The notes under the pieces: model-generated
What the model was told of the DNA's origin: nothing
The model's database searches: none
Seen by the model: only the letters and a program-made list of their open reading frames with translations
Shown here: piece by piece, positions 1 to 10,327 of the stretch
Position numbering within the stretch: position 1 is the first letter of the stretch
Layout of the letters: each line of letters starts with the position of its first letter
Program-made: the position numbers and the translations under genes
NCBI GenBank assembly: GCA_002011035.2
Contig: MTLY02000002.1
Location: 1-64,000 of the forward strand
Length of the DNA: 64,000 nt
Origin: Candidatus Hecatella orcuttiae
Lineage (GTDB): Archaea; Thermoproteota; Bathyarchaeia; Hecatellales; Hecatellaceae
Reading direction: 5' to 3'

Positions 1-1447
1 CCCCGCCATCCTCCAACTCAAACTCGGCACAGACCCCAACGGCCACTTCACAGCCCTAGAGGCCAACGTAACCCTGAACACGGGGGGGTATGCCGTGGAA
101 GGCTCTGGAGTGATTGGAGCCTGCTACTCCTTCATTTTCGGCCTTTACAGGTTTCCCGCCTACAGGTTCGAGGGCAACGTCGTCTACACCAACCGCCCTC
201 CCAGCTACGGCTTCAGAGGCTACGGCAACCCCCAGGCCCAGTGGGCTTTGGAGCAGCTTGTGGACATGGCTGCAGAGGAACTAGGCCTAGACCCCCTGGA
301 GATACGGAGGAGAAACCATGTGAGAATCGGAGACCGCATGGTCTTCGCCCCCAAGGTCACCATTGAAACCTGCGGCTTGGAGGAGTGTATGGACCGGGGG
401 GCTGAGCTCATCGGCTGGAAGCGGAGATACGACCCCGCCTACCGGGGAAAAGGCGCCAAAAGAAAAGGCATAGGCATGGCCGCCATGGCTGGGAACAGTG
501 GATTGGGCGCAGCCGCAGCGTCTGTACCTCCGGAAGTCTCCAATGCATTGCTGGTGTTGAACGACGACGGCACATTCAACCTGCTGATGGCTCTGCATGA
601 AATGGGGCAGGGAATCAAGACGGTGATACTTCAGATGGCCGCGGAGGAGTTAGGCGTACCTCTGGAGGCCATCAAGCTGAGCGCTGAGGTGGACACGGAG
701 TTTCACCCCTTCGACCACGGCTCCTATGCAACCCGCGCCACCTACGTGTGCGGCGCAGCGGTGAGACTTGCGGCCGCTGATGCTCGAAGGCAAATTCTCC
801 AACGGGCAGCGCGAAGGTTAGATGTCAAACCGGAGCGCCTCGAGATGGCTGATGGAAAAATCTACGTTAAAGACGACCCAGAGACGGCGATAACTCTTCA
901 AGACCTAGCTGAATACATCCGGTTCCACGAACAGGAAGACGCAGGGACTATCGTCGGCCGCGGGTCCTATACGGCTAACATCAACTCCCTCCCCTTCGGA
1001 GCTCAGTTTGCCGAGGTGGAGGTGGACATGGAAACGGGGGAGGTGCAACTCCTCCGCTTCGCAGCAGTTCACGACATGGGCACGGCTGTCAACCCTCAGA
1101 TGGTGGAGGGACAGATTGAAGGCGGTGTGACCCAAGGCCTAGGCTACGCCCTCACCGAAGACACCGTGGTTGATCCCCAGACGGGAGCAATTCTCACCAC
1201 CAGTTTCCTCGACTACAAAATCCCTTCCTCCCTAGATATTCCTCCTCTTCACGTGGTTTTAGTCCAGCCTTCTGATCCCCACGGACCTTTTGGGGCGAAG
1301 GGCATAGGGGAGCCGCCTATTGTTCCCACAGCGCCAGCTGTCGCCAACGCTGTGTACAATGCTGTGGGCGTCCGAATTAAGGACCTGCCCATCACTCCTG
1401 AGAAGATTCTAAAGGCATTAAGAGAGAAGAAATCAGCGAGGACCTGA
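1..1447 (+). CDS. Xanthine dehydrogenase/CoxL-family molybdopterin-binding subunit (5' partial)
   Basis: Motifs GFRGYGNPQ, EMGQG, GSYATR, VEGQIEGG, GAKGIGE. The frame is open back to the window start. Confidence 0.93.
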   Translation, partial: PAILQLKLGTDPNGHFTALEANVTLNTGGYAVEGSGVIGACYSFIFGLYRFPAYRFEGNVVYTNRPPSYGFRGYGNPQAQWALEQLVDMAAEELGLDPLEIRRRNHVRIGDRMVFAPKVTIETCGLEECMDRGAELIGWKRRYDPAYRGKGAKRKGIGMAAMAGNSGLGAAAASVPPEVSNALLVLNDDGTFNLLMALHEMGQGIKTVILQMAAEELGVPLEAIKLSAEVDTEFHPFDHGSYATRATYVCGAAVRLAAADARRQILQRAARRLDVKPERLEMADGKIYVKDDPETAITLQDLAEYIRFHEQEDAGTIVGRGSYTANINSLPFGAQFAEVEVDMETGEVQLLRFAAVHDMGTAVNPQMVEGQIEGGVTQGLGYALTEDTVVDPQTGAILTTSFLDYKIPSSLDIPPLHVVLVQPSDPHGPFGAKGIGEPPIVPTAPAVANAVYNAVGVRIKDLPITPEKILKALREKKSART

Positions 1448-1475
1448 AAAGAGCTGAGAGGGGGACGAAGCCACA

Positions 1476-2168
1476 TTAAGCCTTAGGCTTCGCTACGATG
1501 AAACTGTGGTCTTTGTCGTAGGGCTCCAAGCTTATCTTCTCCAGTACGGTCATTCCCCAGCCTTCTAAGACTTGAACTTCTTTTCGGAAAACCTCTGAGG
1601 GTTCTTTGGTGACGTCGATGCTTCGGGCTTTAACCGCCAGCATGGTTCTGCCTCCTGGTTTAAGAAACATCTCAGCGTTGTCCACCAACACTCTCGCCTG
1701 CTCCGGCTGGGCGATGTCACAGTAGATAGCGTCCACCTTCTCCACAGACCATCGATAGGTTTCCGGCTTTCTAGCGTCAGCCATCAGAGGTATCATGTTT
1801 TTCCTGTAGGCGCAAACATTGCTGACGAGCTCCCGTATCACTCTCTGAGCAAACTCCACGCAGTAGATTTTACCCTCGGAGCCTATGATGTCCGAAACAT
1901 GGCTGGCTGTGGTGCCTGTGGCAGCCCCTAAATAGAGAACACGGCTGGAAGGCTGGAAGGGAAAGGTCTTCAACCCCTTCCAAAGGGCGGCGGCCAGCTT
2001 GCTTCGGTAGGGGTCCCAAAGCCTGAACTCCAGTCCTCCCACCCTCACCAGCTTCTCTCCGTAAACTCCCCTACCGGGGGTCAGGTTTTGGGTAGCCAGT
2101 TTTCGCGTTCCTTCTAAGCCGTAGACCCAGTAGACTCCTTGAAAATTTTCATGGGGCTTTATTCTCAG
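1476..2168 (-). CDS. flpA: Fibrillarin-like rRNA/tRNA 2'-O-methyltransferase
   Basis: Motifs WDPYRSKLAA, VLYLGAATGTTASHVSD, DIAQPEQA. The frame extends upstream of the tracked ORF (LATQNLTPGRGVYGEKL) to a CTG overlapping the nop5 stop. Confidence 0.95.
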   Translation of the reverse strand: MRIKPHENFQGVYWVYGLEGTRKLATQNLTPGRGVYGEKLVRVGGLEFRLWDPYRSKLAAALWKGLKTFPFQPSSRVLYLGAATGTTASHVSDIIGSEGKIYCVEFAQRVIRELVSNVCAYRKNMIPLMADARKPETYRWSVEKVDAIYCDIAQPEQARVLVDNAEMFLKPGGRTMLAVKARSIDVTKEPSEVFRKEVQVLEGWGMTVLEKISLEPYDKDHSFIVAKPKA

Positions 2169-3379
2169 CGCCGTCGACCTGACCTCCCCTTGCCTTTCTT
2201 AGGTTTCTTGGCCTTGGGAGGCTTAACGGGAGGCTTCTTGTATTTCTCCCTAATCTCCTTTACTCTCCGCTCCAGCTCAGCCTTCAACCTAGCTCCCACA
2301 TCCGACCCTGTTAGAGCGTCCACCCGGCTGGCGATGGCGATCTTCCCAGCCAACGCCCTCGCCATCTTTCCTCGCTGCCATCTCGGCGCTTGATGGACAA
2401 GAGGATGCTGGAAAAGGACTCCGTGCTTCGGAGGTCTAGCACCTGTTTTAAGAGACCTGAAAAGAGCTTTTTCCGCCCCTAAAACTTGAAGCTTGCTTGC
2501 AGGCATCATGGCCATCTTCTCCAATCCGCCGCTGAGGGCCAGCATCCGGGAGCCTAGGCTGGCGCCCACCAAGGCCTTCAGGTTTGGAGCAACCTCCTCC
2601 ATGAGGCTTTCAGCTTTTTCCGCAAGTAGTTTTCGGGTTTTCCAAGTTTCGGAGTAAAGCTTGCAGAGGAGTTGGAGGCTTTTCAGGTCTTCTTCTAGAA
2701 GAGGGGCTCCCACAGAGTTTTGAGCCAAGGCTTCCAGCTTCTTGGATTTTGACTCGGGAAGGCCGAGTTTAATCAGGTTTTGAGCGTTAAAATTTTCCCT
2801 CAGCCCCAAGGTCTCCACCAGTCTGGCGTAGGTTTCATGGGACTCCACCGCCCTGTCCAGCTCTGGAAAATGGAGACCGTACCATTCTCGAAGCCTTCCC
2901 GCTAAGATGTTCAGAGCCTTATCCAGCTCGTCCACAGCGTTTATGGCTTGGATAATTATTTTATCCCTCTTCCCCGCCGCCCTCCGGATTTTAACCCTTG
3001 TCACCGCTGTAGAAACTTCCCGGAGGACGTCGTAGACTTCCTCCTCCCTCTCCGCATAGCCCACTTGGACAGCTACGTAGGCGAGGTTTGACCGCAAAAA
3101 TTCTCCGGCGCCAGTAGACTTTTCCACGGCAACCTCTACGCCTAGCTGCTCGCGAAGGCCTGAGGCTAGGTTGCTGTTTTCAACAATGAAACCTTCGCAG
3201 CTACCTTTGAGCCTTTGAACCATCCCCCGAACTGCATCATCCACTTTCCCCTCTAAGGAGAGAATGCGCTCTGCCGCCTTTTCAGGGTCTTTAGGAAAAA
3301 GGACTTTATCTACAACCTTGCCGGCTTCGTCGAAAGCTAAAACCCCAATCACCGAATCAACTAGGTACACTTTTCCCAT
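2165..3379 (-). CDS. nop5: Box C/D snoRNP protein Nop5 (Nop56/58)
   Basis: Motifs LREWYGLHFPEL, QVLGAEKALF, PPKHG; Lys-rich tail; adjacent to fibrillarin. Confidence 0.96.
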   Translation of the reverse strand: MGKVYLVDSVIGVLAFDEAGKVVDKVLFPKDPEKAAERILSLEGKVDDAVRGMVQRLKGSCEGFIVENSNLASGLREQLGVEVAVEKSTGAGEFLRSNLAYVAVQVGYAEREEEVYDVLREVSTAVTRVKIRRAAGKRDKIIIQAINAVDELDKALNILAGRLREWYGLHFPELDRAVESHETYARLVETLGLRENFNAQNLIKLGLPESKSKKLEALAQNSVGAPLLEEDLKSLQLLCKLYSETWKTRKLLAEKAESLMEEVAPNLKALVGASLGSRMLALSGGLEKMAMMPASKLQVLGAEKALFRSLKTGARPPKHGVLFQHPLVHQAPRWQRGKMARALAGKIAIASRVDALTGSDVGARLKAELERRVKEIREKYKKPPVKPPKAKKPKKGKGRSGRRR

Positions 3380-3512
3380 AGTCGTAGCCTCAGAAAGTTC
3401 CGCTACTCCATCATATAATAAAGGCTCTTATAAAGCTGTCAGGAAAAACTTTGCTCCTTCAGAAAGGAAGCTTGAATAAGCTGGAAAGCGAAAAGTTAAA
3501 GGGGTCTCACGT

Positions 3513-4439
3513 GTGAGGACGCCTCGCGAAGCTCCCTGCCTCACCGTAGAATTAGCCAGCGTTAGACTTAAGAATCCCCTAATGAACGCGGCTGGCATTT
3601 TAGGGTTGACCGCCTACTCCCTGAAGAGGTTGGCAGACGCAGGATTAGGAGCTGTGGTAACTAAGTCCTACGGCTTGAAGCCTAGAGCGGGTCATGCCAA
3701 CCCCACCATCGTCCAAGTGGAAGGCGGGCTTCTGAATTCAATGGGCTTGCCCAACCCAGGAGTCGAAGCCGCTGCCTCGGAATTGAAAGAAGCCGTAGCC
3801 ATGACAGACACGCCCATCGTCGCCAGCATCTTCGGGTTTAAACCTGAAGATTTTGAAGTGGTAGCCAAACGGCTTGACAGCCTCAAAGTCGCTGCCTTTG
3901 AAGTCAACGTTTCATGCCCCCACGTCAAGGAGGTGGGTGTGGAAATAGGGCAGAAAAAAGAAGCCTTAGCCGAAGTTGTGAAGCAAGTGAGGCGTGCCAC
4001 AAAGAAGCCCATAATCGTCAAGCTAAGCCCTAATGTGGCTCAGATAACCGAGATGGCCAAGGCTGCCCAAGACTCGGGGGCAGAGGCTGTTACCGCCATC
4101 AACACTCTCAAAGCCATGGCCATCGACATCGAAACGGGGGCCCCCATTTTGGCAGGTGTTTTCGGCGGCCTTTCAGGGCCGGCTATAAAGCCGATAGCTG
4201 TTCGATGTGTTTACGAGCTTTTCAAGGAGATTCAGATTCCCATCATAGGCTGCGGAGGCATCAGCAACTGGGAGGATGCTGTGGAATTTATGATGGCCGG
4301 CGCCTCCTTTCTTCAAGTGGGAACAGCTGTCATGTTCAAAGACCTCGCCGTCTTCGGGGAAATCCTCCACGGTCTTCGAGATTACCTGAAAAAGAAAGGA
4401 CTTCGCAGTGTAGAAGAGTTAGTGGGGCGGGCTCATTAA
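3513..4439 (+). CDS. pyrD: Dihydroorotate dehydrogenase, family 1B catalytic subunit
   Basis: Motifs LNSMGLPNPG, NVSCPH, KLSPN, GGLSGPAIKP. Confidence 0.95.
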   Translation: MRTPREAPCLTVELASVRLKNPLMNAAGILGLTAYSLKRLADAGLGAVVTKSYGLKPRAGHANPTIVQVEGGLLNSMGLPNPGVEAAASELKEAVAMTDTPIVASIFGFKPEDFEVVAKRLDSLKVAAFEVNVSCPHVKEVGVEIGQKKEALAEVVKQVRRATKKPIIVKLSPNVAQITEMAKAAQDSGAEAVTAINTLKAMAIDIETGAPILAGVFGGLSGPAIKPIAVRCVYELFKEIQIPIIGCGGISNWEDAVEFMMAGASFLQVGTAVMFKDLAVFGEILHGLRDYLKKKGLRSVEELVGRAH

Positions 4440-4457
4440 ACGCGAAGGAAGTAGGTC

Positions 4458-5291
4458 ATGAGCAAAAATATTCAGCTCGCTGCAAGGCCTCGAATGGTGA
4501 AGGTTCAAGCCGTCAGAGAGGAAACTCCCTCCATTAAATCCATTTTCTTCCGCGACAAACCCTGCTCCCAAGCTGAACCCGGGCAGTTTATCATGGTTTG
4601 GATTCCGGGTGTAGACGAAGTTCCCATGAGCCTCTCTAAAATTGGAAAAATAAACGGCGTGGAAATTTCAGGTATAGCCGTCAAAAAAATAGGCGAAGCT
4701 ACGGAGGCCCTTCACAGATTAGAGAAAGGCAACCTTATCGGGGTTAGGGGACCCTACGGCGTCGGCTTCAAAATGGTGGAAGGCAGGGTTCTGGTGGTTG
4801 GCGGAGGAGTGGGCATTGCCCCTCTTCTTCCCTTGGTGGAAACGCTGAAACGGAGGAAAGGCGCTTTAACCGTGGTATTAGGCGCCGCTACCGGAAAGGA
4901 GCTTCTCGGTGCAACCGAAGCTTCCAAGGTTCTCCGAAAGGGAAAAGACAAACTTTTCATGGTGACGGAGGATGGAAGCCGGGGAATTAAAGGAATAGCC
5001 TCCCAAACGGTCGAACGTCTGTTAGAGGAGGAAGAATTCAGACAAATTTACGCCTGCGGCCCTGAAGCCATGCTTAAGAAAATTTTAGATGCTTCACTTA
5101 AGCACAATGTTCCAGCCCAGATGAGCTTGGTCCGCTACATCAAATGCGGTGTCGGCCTATGCGGAACCTGCATGCTGGGTAAACACCGCGTCTGCCGAGA
5201 AGGCCCTGTTTTTTCAGGGAAAACCTTGGCTCAGATTAGAGAATTCGGTAAAACTGTTAGGGATTCTTCAGGGCGGCTGACGCCTCTTTGA
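4458..5291 (+). CDS. pyrK: Dihydroorotate dehydrogenase electron-transfer subunit
   Basis: Motifs PGQF, RGPYG, GGGVGIAP, CGVGLCGTC...VCREGPVF (2Fe-2S); follows pyrD. Confidence 0.93.
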   Translation: MSKNIQLAARPRMVKVQAVREETPSIKSIFFRDKPCSQAEPGQFIMVWIPGVDEVPMSLSKIGKINGVEISGIAVKKIGEATEALHRLEKGNLIGVRGPYGVGFKMVEGRVLVVGGGVGIAPLLPLVETLKRRKGALTVVLGAATGKELLGATEASKVLRKGKDKLFMVTEDGSRGIKGIASQTVERLLEEEEFRQIYACGPEAMLKKILDASLKHNVPAQMSLVRYIKCGVGLCGTCMLGKHRVCREGPVFSGKTLAQIREFGKTVRDSSGRLTPL

Positions 5292-5429
5292 CTCGGTTTT
5301 CGCCATTCAAAAAATAAATATAGTAAATTTTTCGAGTATTTTTTATTGTCATATATATAATTAGGGAGAAAAAAATAAAAACCATTGACTATATTTATAT
5401 TAACGTGTCTAAATTTGTCTCTCGAGAAA

Positions 5430-6140
5430 ATGGATGTAAAAGAGACGGAAGTGCACAGGGCTCTTTCCGTTGAGCCGAGAAGACAGGTTTTAGGTCTTCT
5501 CGCCAGCTACGGGCCATTAAGTCTGGAGGACCTTTCGCGAAAAACTGGTTTGAAGACGATAACCCTCCGCCATCATATGAGGATACTGGAAAACACAGGC
5601 TTGGTGGAATCCTTTTTGAAGGGACGGGATGGCCCTGGGAGGCCTACGCAGCTTTACACAATTGTGAGCCGATACGTGAACCTCAGTTTTCCTAAACGCC
5701 AATATGAAATGCTTACTCAACACTTGCTAGAGTTTCTTCTCAAAAAGAAAGGTGAGAAATATACCGTTTCCATCTTAAGGGAAATCGGGGCAAAACTGGG
5801 AGAACAGTTGATGAAGAATCTCAGCTTTCAATATGGAATTCAACGCTGGGATGAAGACAAATTCAGCGAATACGTGCTCCCCGAGATCGCTAAGATGGGC
5901 TCATATCCTTCCTTGACCAAGAGGGCTGATGGGAGTTTAGAAATAAGAATATCCAACTGCATTTTTTACGAAGTCGCTAAGGCTAACCCAAAAATCGTGT
6001 GCGAAGGGCACAAAGCCTTCTTCCAGACTATAGCCAATTATTTAGGGAAATACGAGGCTGTAAACGAATACTGCATCGCGGAAGGAAATAGACACTGTAT
6101 AACCATCCTCAAAAACCTTGAAGCCGCGCGCAAAGTTTAA
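5430..6140 (+). CDS. ArsR-like HTH regulator with Cys-containing C-terminal sensor domain (V4R/SufR-like)
   Basis: N-terminal HTH with GPGRPTQLY wing; C-terminal NCIF..VCEGH..CIAEGNRHC. ATG 5430 is preferred over TTG 5385. Confidence 0.8.
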   Translation: MDVKETEVHRALSVEPRRQVLGLLASYGPLSLEDLSRKTGLKTITLRHHMRILENTGLVESFLKGRDGPGRPTQLYTIVSRYVNLSFPKRQYEMLTQHLLEFLLKKKGEKYTVSILREIGAKLGEQLMKNLSFQYGIQRWDEDKFSEYVLPEIAKMGSYPSLTKRADGSLEIRISNCIFYEVAKANPKIVCEGHKAFFQTIANYLGKYEAVNEYCIAEGNRHCITILKNLEAARKV

Positions 6141-6176
6141 TTATGCATCCAAACTTCCAAACATAGGTGAAGCGCC

Positions 6177-6362
6177 ATGCCGACCCACGGATCCCTTACC
6201 AAAGCCGGGAAAGTCCGCTCCCAAACGCCTAAAATCCCAGCTAAGGAACGACATTCCCCCATTCCTAGGTTTAGAGTTAAAAGAAACTATGAAAAAAGGG
6301 TCCTTTTGAAGAGGGAAGTAGGCCAAAACTGGATGAGGCCTAGGGGAAGAAGGTTTAGGTAA
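6177..6362 (+). CDS. rps30e: Ribosomal protein S30e
   Basis: Signature [20 protein letters not shown]. Confidence 0.96.
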   Translation: MPTHGSLTKAGKVRSQTPKIPAKERHSPIPRFRVKRNYEKRVLLKREVGQNWMRPRGRRFR

Positions 6363-6386
6363 TATCTCTTCAGCGAAAAAGTCTCC

Positions 6387-7490
6387 CTAGGAATAAAGGC
6401 TCCCCAGCCTTTTTAAAGCATCCAACTTGTCTTTTCTCCCTAATTCCGCTGCCTCCACAGCCTGTTTAAGATACTCAGCCGCCTTCTCCATGGCCCTCTT
6501 CCTAACTGGAAAGGGAACACCGTCCTTTCCGCCGAAGGCAAAGGAAAATCTGAGAGGGTCCTTCCAACTGGGTTTGGCTCCGTAGATGAGCTGGGAAACC
6601 AAGGCCAGACCCCTCACCGTCGCGGGGCCTATTCCCTTCACGGCTAAAACTTCTTGGAAGTCCTTAGGCTTAACCTCATAAGCTTCCCGGAGGGCTTGCC
6701 AGTTGACTTTTCCAGAATATACCCTGTAAAACTTCGCAGCAGCTACTGAACTAAGCCAGCCTTCTAAGGTCTGCTGGCTTGGGGGCGCAACCACCAAATA
6801 GGGCCGGAGGGTCTTGTCCGGATTGTCGACCACTAGGTCTCTGCAGGTTTTCCGGCATTCTCCGCTTTCTTGAGCCGTCATGTCTAAGACTTGCTTGTGA
6901 ACTTTTTCACCCCATATGCCGCTGTGAGGCTCCTCTACGAAGCTTTTCAAGTTTCGGCTCTGCCAATGATATCTTCGAGCTGTTCTGGTGGCCGGGTTCA
7001 ATCCCTGCTGAACGACCACCCAACTACCTCCCTCTGCCATGAAGAGGGTGTGATGGTAGATCTGATATCCAGCTTGGATGGCGGCGCTGTCCACCTTAGC
7101 TGTCATGCGGCTGGCGTATTTCAGCTCTTCCACCCGGCTGGTGGAGAGCCCCAGCGGCTCGCTGAGTGTTTCAATTTCTTCAAGGGTTTTCTTGGAGGCC
7201 TCTCCCTTCCCTCCCGCAGCCTTAATCCCCAAGTCCTCCTCCCTGAAGACGTCTTTCAGCACTCCGCATGTCACCGTGGTGGAGCCGCTACTGTCCCAGT
7301 CGAATCCTAAGACATTGGAGCAGGCTTGAAAGAATAAGGGGTCGGACAGTCTGACCAGAAGTTCTTCAACCCCAAGCTCGTCGACCATAACTCTGAAGAT
7401 GACCTTAGCTAGCCTCACCATCCTTGAAACAAGCCATTGGGGGGCGGTGCCGTAGTGTAGCTTTAGCTCTAGTACTCCGGAACGCCGCAA
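6387..7490 (-). CDS. DUF763 family protein
   Basis: Motifs GFDWDSSGSTT, AKVDSAAIQAGYQIYHH, VVQQG, GGKDGVPFPV. Confidence 0.88.
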   Translation of the reverse strand: MRRSGVLELKLHYGTAPQWLVSRMVRLAKVIFRVMVDELGVEELLVRLSDPLFFQACSNVLGFDWDSSGSTTVTCGVLKDVFREEDLGIKAAGGKGEASKKTLEEIETLSEPLGLSTSRVEELKYASRMTAKVDSAAIQAGYQIYHHTLFMAEGGSWVVVQQGLNPATRTARRYHWQSRNLKSFVEEPHSGIWGEKVHKQVLDMTAQESGECRKTCRDLVVDNPDKTLRPYLVVAPPSQQTLEGWLSSVAAAKFYRVYSGKVNWQALREAYEVKPKDFQEVLAVKGIGPATVRGLALVSQLIYGAKPSWKDPLRFSFAFGGKDGVPFPVRKRAMEKAAEYLKQAVEAAELGRKDKLDALKRLGSLYS

Positions 7491-7607
7491 GGAATCCCAC
7501 CTAGGCGAGCTGAATTCCTGTCTTCCAGTGTTTTTAGGATAGGTTTAAACTGGAGCAAGTTTGAAAATACCCCTAGGTTGGGTTGAGCCTGATATCAGTC
7601 GTGTTTA

Positions 7608-8141
7608 CTATATATATTGGGTTATGGTGTGGGGATACTTTTCGTAGAGAAGCCTCTCCAACTGTCTCCTAAGCTCCGAGTCTAACTTTCTATGGCCTTC
7701 GGAAAGAATGCCTAAAGGCTTCTCAGCATGCAAAATTGGGCCTTGCATGACGATGGGGCTGTTCAGCTGGCGGAGGGAAGTAGGCTGGGTGGCGAAAAGG
7801 CTTTGAACGACTTTCTGAAGGTTATCCCCGGTCCGGAAGACTTCAGCCAACTGGGCTGTTTGATGGCGGGTTAGAGGCCTGAATCCGTAGGGAAACTCGG
7901 CGGAAAGGCCGGGAGGCAGCTTGCGGTCTTCCAGTATTCCATGGACACCGAAACCTACGGTTTCATAGGGGTTGAGGCTTTGCTCTTTGATATGCCAGAA
8001 TTCAGAGTTGTGGATGACTAAGATGTCATGGTAGCCTTTGACATCCCTTCCAACCAGCATATGCCAGCCTTTAGGGTCCTCCTCGTAGATTCTGGCAATC
8101 GTCCTCTTTACCTTGTCGGTTGGCAGAATTCTGCTCATCAA
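7608..8141 (-). CDS. Conserved archaeal hypothetical protein
   Basis: 177-aa ORF (DPKGW, PYGFRP) filling the gap; no function recognised. Confidence 0.7.
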   Translation of the reverse strand: MMSRILPTDKVKRTIARIYEEDPKGWHMLVGRDVKGYHDILVIHNSEFWHIKEQSLNPYETVGFGVHGILEDRKLPPGLSAEFPYGFRPLTRHQTAQLAEVFRTGDNLQKVVQSLFATQPTSLRQLNSPIVMQGPILHAEKPLGILSEGHRKLDSELRRQLERLLYEKYPHTITQYI

Positions 8142-8256
8142 ATAAAAGTTTTTCTGGGCGACTTTTAAACCTATTCCGAGGGCTGGAAGGCTCCGGGGGA
8201 ATCACCCAAGATTTTAAATAGTTCGAGAAGGCAAGAAATGTTTCTAATGAGGGGTT

Positions 8257-9588
8257 TTGACAAAGAAAACCATCGCCGTCCTCTTGGCGATAAGCTTCCT
8301 CTTGCTACCGGCGGCCAACGTTCACTCTGAGGAAATAGCGGCGCCTCTTACCGCAGCTATGGCTTTCTCATCCAGTCAAGTCTACCCCGGAGAGTCCGTG
8401 GTCGCTGTTATCGTTTTGGAGAATATAGGCGTAGAAGAGATAAAACAGCTACGGGTAGAACTGGTTCTGAGCAGCGGCTTAACAGCCTCCCACGAGGCTT
8501 GGAATATTCCCTCCCTTCCTCCCGGAGGGTTGGAAACGTTGACTTTCGACGTGACAGCGGAAGAAGGCGCTCATGAACGGGGAGAAGTTAAGGCTAGGAT
8601 CACCTACGATTCTGAGTCGTTTTACTTGGCCAAGGAGTTAGCTGTTAAAAAGGTGCCGCTGAAATTTGAAGTGGATGAACCTCTCCCCAGTAGCATAAAG
8701 TTGGGTGAAGTGAAAGAGATCAGCATTCCTTTCCGCCTTAAAAATGTAGGAGAAGAAAAACTAAGCAATGTCGTGGTCTCGGTGGAAGTAGACAGGGCTG
8801 CCTTCGAAGTTTTAGGAACCAAAGTTTACGAAACCATGGATAAAGGGGACGAGCATAGGGAAAACCTCAAAATAAGGTCCTTGGAAACTACCGAAGCCAA
8901 AGAATACAGCTTAAAGGTAAAAGTGGAGTTCACGGACTCCACGGGAAGACACGTCCTTACCGAAACAGAGAAAATCAACGTGGAAGAGGATAAGGAATGC
9001 ATCATCGCCACCGCCACCTTCGGCTCCCGGCTTTCCTCGGAGGTTCAATTTCTAAGAAACTTCAGAGACCAGATCGTCTATTCAACCTTCGCCGGAGGAA
9101 GGTTTATGGTGCTTTTCGATCGGTTCTACTACTCTTTCAGCCCCCAGGTAGCCGGCTTCATCGCCGACCACGGTGCCGCTCGAACCGTGGCTAAAGGCTT
9201 TTTGTATCCGCTACTGGCCATTCTTCACGTTTCAGCCTTGGCCTACAACTTCTTCAACTTCGAAGAAGAATTCGGTATAGTCGTAGCCGGCTTAACCGCC
9301 AGCGCCCTCATCGGCTTGGTGTACTTAGCGCCTCCCTTAACCTTATGTTTCACCCTCTGCCGACGCCTAAAGAAGACGTTTACAATCTTCAACCGCTGGT
9401 GGCTTAGAGGCCTCTTTTTATTATGGGCGGGCTCAGGTGCTTTAATGGCCGCCAGTTCCCAATTCTTTCTGTCTGAAGTCATGATGGCTTCCTCAGGAGC
9501 CTTGGTCATTGCCACGATGAGTCTATCTGCCTGGTTGGCGGCCGGTTGGGCTCTAAACGGATTCCCTCTTAGAAGAGGAAGCCGCTGA
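8257..9588 (+). CDS. Secreted/surface protein with Ig-like (CARDB) repeats and CFI-box-CTERM domain
   Basis: Signal peptide, two beta-rich repeats, CIIATATFGS...VQFLRNFRD...YYSFSPQVA, C-terminal TM helices. Confidence 0.85.
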   Translation: MTKKTIAVLLAISFLLLPAANVHSEEIAAPLTAAMAFSSSQVYPGESVVAVIVLENIGVEEIKQLRVELVLSSGLTASHEAWNIPSLPPGGLETLTFDVTAEEGAHERGEVKARITYDSESFYLAKELAVKKVPLKFEVDEPLPSSIKLGEVKEISIPFRLKNVGEEKLSNVVVSVEVDRAAFEVLGTKVYETMDKGDEHRENLKIRSLETTEAKEYSLKVKVEFTDSTGRHVLTETEKINVEEDKECIIATATFGSRLSSEVQFLRNFRDQIVYSTFAGGRFMVLFDRFYYSFSPQVAGFIADHGAARTVAKGFLYPLLAILHVSALAYNFFNFEEEFGIVVAGLTASALIGLVYLAPPLTLCFTLCRRLKKTFTIFNRWWLRGLFLLWAGSGALMAASSQFFLSEVMMASSGALVIATMSLSAWLAAGWALNGFPLRRGSR

Positions 9589-9681
9589 TCCGTCTGTCTC
9601 CCTCTTGCTATGTTTCTTTTCTTCATGTTTTCAGCGATTTTTCGGCTTCCGGTAATACATAAATAGGCGCGAAGGCTTGAA

Positions 9682-10218
9682 ATGAATCGTGGTATCAGGC
9701 AGATGAATGTACTGGATGCAATAAAGACTAGGAGAAGCATCAGAAAGTACACGTCGGAAAAAGTCGACCCTTCGCTGCTGGAAAAAGTCCTCGAAGCCGG
9801 TAGGCTGGCGCCTTCCGCCCACAACAAACAGCCTTGGCATTTCGTCGTCGCCACGACCCCTCAAGCTGTGGAGAAGGTGAAAAACGCCTATGTGGGAAGA
9901 ACCGAAATCAACGCCCCAGTCTTCATCGTGGTCTGCGCCGACCCCAAAGAGGCTTGGGTCAGGGAAGTGGATGGGGAGGAGTTCTGGAAAATCGACGCCT
10001 CCATCGCTATGCAGAACATGATCCTCGCCGCTACCGAACTGGGGCTTGGAACATGCTGGATAGGGGCCTTCAAAGAAAAGGCCTTGAAAAGGGCTTTGAA
10101 GATACCCCGCCGCATTCGCATCGTGGCTATAACCCCTCTGGGCTATCCGGCTGTTAAGAAGGGGGAAGTTGTCGACAGAAAGCCTCTGAGCCAGATTGTT
10201 CACTACGAACACTGGTAA
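9682..10218 (+). CDS. Nitroreductase family protein
   Basis: Motifs RRSIRKY, APSAHNKQPWHF, LGLGTCWIG. Confidence 0.92.
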   Translation: MNRGIRQMNVLDAIKTRRSIRKYTSEKVDPSLLEKVLEAGRLAPSAHNKQPWHFVVATTPQAVEKVKNAYVGRTEINAPVFIVVCADPKEAWVREVDGEEFWKIDASIAMQNMILAATELGLGTCWIGAFKEKALKRALKIPRRIRIVAITPLGYPAVKKGEVVDRKPLSQIVHYEHW

Positions 10219-10327
10219 CTTGTGTGCGGAATCACATGTTCTACTCGCCTTCCGCCAATTTGGACGAGGTTAAAAGTATTTAGAAATGAAGATAAGTCTC
10301 CTCTAGGGAGACGGGGAGGGAAGTGGC

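Noticed and set aside
9631-10212. Long antisense ORFs (here and at 11261, 49210, 52412 and others)
   Set aside because: They are shadows of well-supported genes on the opposite strand and carry no motifs.
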